From Eledone cirrhosa (lineage: Eukaryota), in contig OZ024740.1 in the NCBI GenBank assembly GCA_964016885.1, forward strand, positions 89,032,001 to 89,096,000: 64,000 nucleotides of DNA. The letters are read 5' to 3'. Below the pieces are notes generated by a model that saw only the letters and a program-made list of their open reading frames with translations, was not told the DNA's origin and searched no databases. This document shows, in pieces, positions 53,863-64,000 of the stretch. Position numbers and translations under genes: made by a program. Numbering within the stretch: the first letter of the stretch is position 1; every line of letters begins with the position of its first letter.

Positions 53863-55011
53863 TTCTTCCTTTATATCTGTTTCTCGTTTCTTCTCTTTCA
53901 CACTTTTTTTCTTTCTCTGGAAGAAATCTTTTTGTATGTTAATACAGTGCCCCTACCACTCTATCAGGAATTACGGCATCATACACACATACATATAAAC
54001 AATATCATAGAGAAAGATAGTATAATCTTGGCTTGAACTTCTCGAAGTATAATTCTAAGTCTTGGAAGGCGGTATGTCCTTCATGACTAACAACTACGTT
54101 TCTTACTATCACCGACACATCCCGGAATCAAAAATCTTGAAACAATATTAGAATTCTAAACCGGACAAAAAACTGACTAAAGCTAACACAGACCTGGTAC
54201 TCTTTCATACACAACACATGTTATTACCCGCAAATTGCCTGCCATTGTAATGAGCCTACACAGGGTATAAACACAAAATGACAAAACAAAATTATTCATA
54301 TTTCAATACTCTATGGGATGTATCATCTAAACTATTTTTAATGCATGTAAACATGGCTCTATACTTAACAAAGTGTAGATACAACATATTCACATCCTTT
54401 CACAATTCCATATAAACAGCTGATGACATACTTTAATTCGATAAACATAATCAAGAGTACGAGAGCTGAAACAATGGATTTTACTACACAGTGAATCGTT
54501 AGACTATATATTTCCTGATACACAAAAGTGGTTTGACCACAGTTCGAAAGATATTCGTCACATATCTGCTTTAGTCAGACCATTTGGTCTAAGCAACGAT
54601 TTTAAATTACAGTCTACCGAATACGCGATATCGCTATAGGGAGCTCAAATGATTCCATCTAGAGTATATATTCCTCTCCGACGTATGTGTTTAGAATATA
54701 TTTAACATTTGAATTATCATGGCTCTTGATAAAGTGCATTGAGCAGGTTTATTGAGAAGCACAACATTCTAACATATTTGATATGTTTTGATTCGTCACA
54801 TTTGTATATAACAGTTCCACAATTCGTAACTTTTTGAGCTGACGAGATTATAATTTCTGCAAATCTTTCTACCGGAATAAATATCAACTCTGGTTGCTAT
54901 CCCTTACCTTGGGATTAACGCAATCAGACCATGCGTTTTTCAGTATGGTGAAGTTCGTTAGACTTATTGTTTATATACTATAAACGTATACACACACACA
55001 CACATATATAC

Positions 55012-55085
<74 letters not shown>

Positions 55086-55497
55086 CAATAAGAGAGAGAG
55101 AGAAATAGGTAGAGAGAAGGGGAAACACTGCATCTACATGTTATAAACAGCATCTTCGCTAAATTAACATAACAGATCAGGAAAACGAATACAGTGATAT
55201 ATTTAGAGATCTAGGCATGAGAAGTTTGGCCTTCATAAATAAATAGCAATGCTGTCTAAACAATTCATAGATTATGCCTGCTCTGCATATTTCCTATTGT
55301 CAGACAAAGAAATAAACCACCCTAACGCATTGTGAGAGACTAAACAGCGACTTTCCACTACCAGAAAACACCTCCACTCATAAGTGCAGATATAGTACGG
55401 TTGTAGGCAAATCATATGCAGGCTTAATCGCATGGTCATTAAAATGGATACCCTGCATCTCAAATTAATATATATACACACACACATATATATATAT

Positions 55498-55576
<79 letters not shown>

Positions 55577-55636
55577 TATACACATATATATATACATATT
55601 TATATATGTACATATTTATATATATATACATATTTA

Positions 55637-55738
<102 letters not shown>

Positions 55739-55869
55739 GATAAATCTACCAAGAGTTTACGGTAGTGTCCAATCCGTATGAATAACCCAATGTAATCCGG
55801 ATATCATGGAAAGAAGAGATGCAATGAAAAATCACTTTCGGTGAAAGATAAACGGAATACAGAGTCAAG

Positions 55870-56425
<556 letters not shown>

Positions 56426-56426
56426 A

Positions 56427-56468
<42 letters not shown>

Positions 56469-56646
56469 TATATATATATACATATATATATTGTTATGCT
56501 TTGGGAAGGTCATGTTGCCAATAAGAAACACACGCACCAGATACTTTCTCTCCAATTTATTATAAATTAAATTTATAAATTTAAGAATTTATAAATTTCA
56601 GGTTGGTTGGTTGGTTGGTTCCACAACTGGTCGGTTGTTCATATAT

Positions 56647-56691
56647 TGTCAAAGTTATTTCGTCACACATTCTGTGACCTCTTCAGTGACT
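56647..56691 (-). ncRNA. Minimal hammerhead ribozyme (inverted pLTR)
   Basis: Minus strand AGTCA-CTGAAGA-G-GTCACA gaatg TGTGAC-GAAA-TAAC-TT-TGACA. Confidence 0.75.
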
Positions 56692-57420
56692 GGGCATTCT
56701 TTTCTTTCTTTTTGTGCCTCTCATTTGTTCTGTCTTACGCCATCTTCTTGTTGTGTGTGTTGTGTACTTAGTTTGCGCACGTGTTACATCCGGGTGTCTG
56801 TTTATATTTGTTTATTTATTTGTTTATTTACATGTTACTGGTTGGTTGTTTGTTCTATGTGTGTGTGTGTTTTCATTTTGTCCTTAATTTTAAGTTGTGT
56901 TGTTGCTATTCCATTCATGTTTTCTATTTAATTTTGGCTGGAGTTCATTTATGTTTATTGCCTCTGTGATTTGTCTAAACATTGCGAATTTTCTGTGTAT
57001 AGATTCTATTTTTATTTCTATGTTCTCTAATTTACCCTTATGTTCTATTTTAGCATGTTGGTGGAGTACAGACATTTCTTTTCCATCTTAAAGCTCTCGC
57101 CAGTGTTCATTTATCCGTTCTCCTATACTACGAACTGTCCCACCTATGTATACTATAATTTTCTCTCTACATTGTCCTTCAGTACATCTTTTGCTATATA
57201 CTACATTTGTAGTTTTACAGTTAATATGGGGGCTTAGTTTACAGATTATACATTTCTTATCTATACATGGAGGTCTTTGAAAAGGGTATGTATTGCTAAT
57301 AAGTGGTTTTATGGAGGTACCTGCTATTTCTATTATCTTAATATTGAGTTTATGTTTATCTAGGGCCCTTCTAAATTTGTAATCTAATTCACCACTAGGT
57401 GTTGTATTGATGAACATTAC

Positions 57421-60135
57421 ACACATCAACAACAGCACACATCACCAACAACAAGACACACACACATTCTATGCCTCTCACCACCACCACAATCTTAACC
57501 AGCACACAGACACACAAAACAGTTAATGACAGTAACACAGAAGTAAGGGAAGGTAATGGGATTGAAAGGAAAAGGGAGACTATTGATACTGACAGAGAAA
57601 ATAACCAGGACGAAACACACAGACACACAACATAGAGTAGATAATAACAATCAGCCAGAGGAAAGATACAGGAGAAATAATGAGATCCATAGAAACAACC
57701 ATGAGGCTGTTGGTGAAATAGAAATAGAAACAACACGACTATCAATAACAATAGCAATATTACACATAAAGCAGCAGCCTAGAACTGTAGTTTTCATAAT
57801 CCTTCCGATATGTCCTTCGACCTGCGACGAGTCCACGCCACGACATTAGCTTTTAACAAACGCACGCAATTGCCGTCGCAGGTCGATGAACAAACAGAAG
57901 CACAATTTAGTATAGCTTGATCTAAACTTAGAAATATTATAGAACAGTATAGCAAGAAGCAAAATAGAATGGAGGCCCAGCAATTGGGACACTCATCTGC
58001 AAATGGCTTGCGTAAGCTCATGCAGCGCTCGCGTAATGGAGAGATTTCATGCTTTCGAACAGACAAGTCTGGCAGAATGTCGGTTGACAGTCTGTCAAAC
58101 TACATCCAGGCAATGCAACCCCACATCACTAACACAAGAGAAGTAACACCACAAGAGCATGAGGATAGGGAGAAAACCCTCAATGCCCATATGATGATGT
58201 GGACAAACATAATGCAGCCCCAAAAAAGGACTGCCAACAACTTCCAGGCCTCGAACAATGACGTGCCAGCGTTGTATGTGCTTCGAAAAGACCCTGTCAC
58301 AGGACTACCAACACGGCCAGTCTGTGGAGCTAACATTGCTAGTAACTACAGACTGTCCTACTTCCTCTCCCTGATCATACGCCCCATCATTGAAATGTCC
58401 CCAGATATATGTGACAGCACGGAGGACCTCCTCAGCATAATCAGCGAAAGTAACCGATCTAGGGACCCAACAAATTGTATAATAGGTAGTATGGATGTTG
58501 GGTCCCTATATCCATCTATTGACGTGGATTTTGCTGTGGAGATATGCGTAGAAATGATCAGTGAGAGTAATGTTGAATTCCGTGGGATTTATACCAGTGA
58601 GCTGCGCCTCCTACTTAAACTTACCTATAGTAATGATTATCTAGATAGATGTAACCTTAGCAACCTGTGCCCTACAAGACCAGCAAGAAGCAGACCACCT
58701 ACCATTACCTCAATGGCCAAGAAAACCCAGATAGATGGAACGGGTGGACCAGAGCCATACGGACCCCCGAAAATCACGATGAACTAAAGAAAATGATTGC
58801 ACATGCGGTGAGGGCCAATATAAAATTAACCCTTAAGGAACATATGCTCAAATGTAATGAAAAATCATATGCCCAGGAGGAGGGAGCAGCCATTGGTGTT
58901 AGCATGGCAGGTGACATAGCTAACATATTCATGGTATGGTGGGACAATATACTTAAATTTAAACTTAAACAACAATTAGAAGATAACCTCTTAACCCTGA
59001 TAATGTACCCCCGCTACGTTGATGATGTAAACATCGTAGTAAAAACACCCGACTAGAGAACAGTCAGAAATTAGAGAAAAACACCATGGAAAGCATCCAA
59101 CAAATAGCTAACTCCATCCACCAGAGTATTAGAGTTATTATAGACTACCCAAGCAAACACCCCAACCATCGATTACCTGTACTAGACACAGAGCTCTGGT
59201 TAGAAACCATTAATAACAAAAAACAAATCCTCCATTCCCAATATGCCAAACCCATGACTTCCAAACATCTGATCCACCGAAACTCGGCCGTTTCGGACCA
59301 TACCGAAATCAACATACAGATTGCGGATTTAGTACGGGTGATGATAAAACGTGTGCCGCATGTGCAACCCCAAAGAACTAGAGAAACACATACAACACTT
59401 CATCCACCGTATGCAGTTCTCTGGTTACAATCAGAGAGATAAAATCAGAGTATATAGAGGAGCCAGAATCAAATGGGAAAAAATGTTAAATAATGATACA
59501 AATGGGACCTGTCCCTTGTATAGGAGCAAATTTTGGAATAGAATAGAAAGAACTAGGAATAAGGTTAATAGAATAAACTCATGGTATGATAGCAATAAAT
59601 ACCAGAGTGTAATGTTCCTCAATACAACACCTAGAGGTGAATTAGCTTACATATTTAGAGGGCCCTAGATAAACATAAACTCAATATCAAGATAGTAGAA
59701 AGAGCAGGTACCTCCATAAAAACACTTATTAGAAATACATACCCTTTTCAAAGACCTCCCTGTATAGATACGAAATGTATAATCTGTAAACTAAGCCCCC
59801 ATATTAACTGTAAAACTACAAATGTAGTATATAGCATAACATCTACTGAAGGAAAATGTAGAGATAGAAATATAGTGTACATAGTTGAGTAGTATAGGAG
59901 AACGGATAACTGAATATTGGCGAGAGTTTCAAGATAGAAAATAATCAGCTGTACTCCACCAACATGCTAAAACAGAACTTAGGGGTAAATTAGAGAACAT
60001 AGAAATAAAAATAGAATCTACATACAGAAAAGACGCAATATTTAGACAAATCACAGAGGCAATAAACATAAATGAACTCCAGCCAAAATTAAATAGAAAA
60101 CATGAATGGAATAGCAACATCACAATTAAAATTAA
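57421..60135 (+). pseudogene. Disrupted PLE RT-GIY-YIG ORF
   Basis: GSMDVGSLYPSID, QEEGAAIG, YPRYVDD, LPVLDTELW and RMQFSGY across several frames. Confidence 0.88.
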
Positions 60136-60333
60136 GGACAAAATGAAAACACACACACACATTGAACAAACAACCAACCAGTAACATGTAAATAAACAAA
60201 TAAATAAACAAATATAAACAGACACAGACACCCGGATGTAACACGTGCGTAAACTAAGCACACAACACACACAACCAGAAGATGGCGTAGCACAGAACAA
60301 AGGAGAGGCACAAAAAGAAGGAAAAGAATACCC

Positions 60334-60378
60334 AGTCACTGAAGAGGTCACAGGATGTGTGACGAAAGAAGTTTGGCT
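60334..60378 (+). ncRNA. Minimal hammerhead ribozyme (3' pLTR)
   Basis: AGTCA-CTGAAGA-G-GTCACA ggatg TGTGAC-GAAA-GAAG-TT-TGGCT. Confidence 0.75.
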
Positions 60379-60722
60379 ATATATGAACAACCGTCCAGTT
60401 GTGGAACCAACCAACCAGCTGGAAATTTATAAATTCTTACATTTATGAATTCAATTTATAATAAATTGGAGTGAAAGTATCTGGTGCGTGTGTTTCTTAT
60501 TGGCAACATGACCCTCCCAAATCATAACAATATCGGTTTCAACAGACGTTTTCAGATAAAAAATCTTGCTAAACGAATTCAGAAACGACATATATATATA
60601 TATATATATATACATATATATATACATACATATATATATATATATACATACATATATATATATATACATATATATATACATATATATACATATATATATA
60701 TACATATATATATATATACATA

Positions 60723-63700
60723 TATATAAATGAGAGGTATAGAGATTGTTTTAGCAAGAAGCTAACGGCATACTATAACATATATGCGACTATAACATCA
60801 AGATGGGAAAAGTAGTTAACGAAAGATTTAGGAAAAATATCTCAAACTCATCTCAAAAGAGAATCAGGATATAAATTCATCCACAGAATTTAGTAAAATC
60901 CAGGGAAAATGTATAGACCTTTAACTCATGATAAAATAAAGTTTGAAACACTTATCCTTCAATTTGGAATAACATCAAATGCTCTGTATAGTCTTAAAAG
61001 ACTATTTCATGAAAACTTTCAGTGGAGATGGTCACGGTTGGATTTCATTCATCAGCAGAGCTCAACAGAAACCAGTGCTCTCACAGTAGTATAATCCGAA
61101 AAAGGGAATTCTAAAACTGGCTAGTTCGCCTTCATGTGTATTTATGAAAAAGCACATGAGGAAAAGACGGGGCTAGTGACGTCAGGATGGAAGTGAATGT
61201 TTATTTACAAGAAATAGCAGTCAAATACATTCTGAAAAAAAACTCTACAAAGGAGTTCAGCAAAATAGCAATAATTATCACAGTTTTTATGAAAAAAACC
61301 GGGATTAGTCACAGATCGTTTAAGCACTCTAGGAAAAGAATCCGAGTATAAATATAAATGAGAGGTATAGAGATTGTTTTAGCAAGATGCTAACGGCATT
61401 CTATAACATATATGCGACTATAACGTCAAGATGGGAAAAGTAGTTAACGAAAGATTTAGGAAAAATAACTCAAACTCATCTCAAAAGAGAATCAGGATAT
61501 AAATTCATCCACAGAATTTAGTAAAATCCAGGGAAAAATCTATAGACCTTTAACTCATGATAAAATAAAGTTTGAAACACTTATCCTTCAATTTGGAATA
61601 ACATCAACTGCTCTGTATAGTCAAAAAAGACTATTTCATGAAAACTTTCAGTGGAGATGGTCACGGTTGGATTTCATTCATCAGCAGAGCTCAACAGAAA
61701 CCAGTGCTCTCACAGTAGTATAATCCGAAAAAGGGAATTCTAAAACTGGCTAGTTCGCCTTCATGTGTATTTATGAAAAAGCACATGAGGAAAAGACGGG
61801 GCTAGTGACGTCAGGATGGAAGTGAATGTTTATTTACAAGAAATAGCAGTCAAATACATTCTGAAAAAAAACTCTACAAAGGAGTTCAGCAAAATAGCAA
61901 TAATTATCACAGTTTTTATGAAAAAAACCGGGATTAGTCACAGATCGTTTAAGCACTCTAGGAAAAGAATCCGAGTATAAATATAAATGAGAGGTATAGA
62001 GATTGTTTTAGCAAGAAGCTAACGGCATTCTATAACATATATGCGACTATAACGTCAAGATGGGAAAAGTAGTTAACGAAAGATTTAGGAAAAATAACTC
62101 AAACTAATCTCAAAAGAGAATCAGGATATAAATTCTTCCACAGAATTTAGTAAAATCCAGGGAAAAATCTATAGACCTTTAACTCATGATAAAATAAAGT
62201 TTGAAACACTTATCCTTCAATTTGGAATAACATCAAATGCTCTGTATAGTCTTAAAAGACTATTTCATGAAAACTTTCAGTGGAGATGGTCACGGTTGGA
62301 TTTCATTCATCAGCAGAGCTCAACAGAAACCAGTGCTCTCACAGTAGTATAATCCGAAAAAGGGAATTCTAAAGCTGGCTAGTTCGCCTTCATGTGTATT
62401 TATGAAAAAGCACATGAGGAAAAGACGGGGCTAGTGACGTCAGGATGGAAGTGAATGTTTATTTACAAGAAATAGCAGTCAAATACATTCTGAAAAAAAA
62501 CTCTACAAAGGAGTTCAGCAAAATAGCAATAATTATCACAGTTTTTATGAAAAAAACCGGGATTAGTCACAGATCGTTTAAGCACTCTAGGAAAAGAATC
62601 CGAGTATAAATATAAATGAGAGGTATAGAGATTGTTTTAGCAAGATGCTAACGGCATTCTATAACATATATGCGACTATAACGTCAAGATGGGAAAAGTA
62701 GTTAACGAAAGATTTAGGAAAAATAACTCAAACTCATCTCAAAAGAGAATCAGGATATAAATTCATCCACAGAATTTAGTAAAATCCAGGGAAAAATCTA
62801 TAGACCTTTAACTCATGATAAAATAAAGTTTGAAACACTTATCCTTCAATTTGGAATAACATCAACTGCTCTGTATAGTCAAAAAAGACTATTTCATGAA
62901 AACCTTCAGTGGAGATGGTCACGGTTGGATTTCATTCATCAGCAGAGCTCAACAGAAACCAGTGCTCTCACAGTAGTATAATCCGAAAAAGGGAATTCTA
63001 AAACTGGCTAGTTCGCCTTCATGTGTATTTATGAAAAAGCACATGAGGAAAAGACGGGGCTAGTGACGTCAGGATGGAAGTGAATGTTTATTTACAAGAA
63101 ATAGCAGTCAAATACATTCTGAAAAAAAACTCTACAAAGGAGTTCAGCAAAATAGCAATAATTATCACAGTTTTTATGAAAAAAACCGGGATTAGTCACA
63201 GATCGTTTAAGCACTCTAGGAAAAGAATCCGAGTATAAATATAAATGAGAGGTATAGAGATTGTTTTAGCAAGAAGCTAACGGCATTCTATAACATATAT
63301 GCGACTATAACGTCAAGATGGGAAAAGTAGTTAACGAAAGATTTAGGAAAAATAACTCAAACTAATCTCAAAAGAGAATCAGGATATAAATTCTTCCACA
63401 GAATTTAGTAAAATCCAGGGAAAAATCTATAGACCTTTAACTCATGATAAAATAAAGTTTGAAACACTTATCCTTCAATTTGGAATAACATCAAATGCTC
63501 TGTATAGTCTTAAAAGACTATTTCATGAAAACTTTCAGTGGAGATGGTCACGGTTGGATTTCATTCATCAGCAGAGCTCAACAGAAACCAGGGCTCTCAC
63601 AGTAGTATAATCCGAAAAAGGGAATTCTAAAACTGGCTAGTTCGCCTTCATGTGTATTTATGAAAAAGCACATGAGGAAAAGACGGGGCTAGTGACGTCA

Positions 63701-64000
63701 GGATGGAAGTGAATGTTTATTTACAAGAAATAGCAGTCAAATACATTCTGAAAAAAAACTCTACAAAGGAGTTCAGCAAAATAGCAATAATTATCACAGT
63801 TTTTATGAAAAAAACCGGGATTAGTCACAGATCGTTTAAGCACTCTAGGAAAAGAATCCGAGTATAAATATAAATGAGAGGTATAGAGATTGTTTTAGCA
63901 AGAAGCTAACGGCATTATATAACATATATGCGACTATAACGTCAAGATGGGAAAAGTAGTAAACGAATAATTTAGGAAAAATAACTCAAACTCATCTCAA
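60723..64000. repeat. Tandem array of 629-bp units (5 full plus a partial copy, running off the window)
   Basis: The G of taaatGagagg falls at 60732, 61360, 61989, 62618, 63247 and 63876 (spacing 628, 629, 629, 629, 629); units nearly identical. Confidence 0.97.

Larger units (their letters stand above)
56489..60589 (+). mobile_element. Penelope-like retroelement family A, copy 2 (older): ~930-bp inverted 3' segment (56489-57420), then forward 5'-truncated ORF and 3' pLTR
   Basis: RT and GIY-YIG fragments with many frameshifts; 56489-57420 is the reverse complement of ~59606-60531; (TA)n flanks. Confidence 0.93.

Noticed and set aside
61015-61060. CTGATGA...GAAA, or TGATGA...CTGA, on the minus strand of the 629-bp unit as an HHR or C/D snoRNA
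   Set aside because: No stem I or II pairing for an HHR, and the spacing is too short with no terminal stem for a snoRNA
60723-64000. CRISPR-like array
   Set aside because: Units are full-length near-identical repeats without unique spacers, in a eukaryotic context with no cas genes

Overview
AT-rich, microsatellite-dense animal genomic DNA with no host gene that I can support. The tRNA-derived SINE families suggest an octopus or other coleoid cephalopod (inference from recall, not a database result). The window is a retroelement graveyard dominated by Penelope-like elements (PLEs). There are three near-complete RT+GIY-YIG copies from two related families (19076-22726, 42449-45615, 56489-60589), an ORF-less inverted-pLTR derivative (30394-31341), Naiad-type PLE fragments and many solo pLTR remnants. 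It also holds an R4/Dong-type RLE non-LTR element sitting in a (TACA)n microsatellite, decayed RTE, Tx1/L1 and CR1-like LINEs, SINEs, non-autonomous Helitron-like elements, a ~515-bp inverted/tandem repeat block and a 629-bp tandem array with dimeric higher-order structure. The most notable signal is about 20 intact or degenerate minimal type I hammerhead ribozyme (HHR) motifs from many distinct families. These include variants with very long stem II, fold-back palindromes centred on or carrying the ribozyme, and a retrozyme-like direct-repeat unit. The PLE pLTRs show a conserved layout of ETS/NRF1/YY1-like motifs, then the HHR, then ATG-MTLPKYN. All structures were folded by eye and boundaries are approximate to a few bases.
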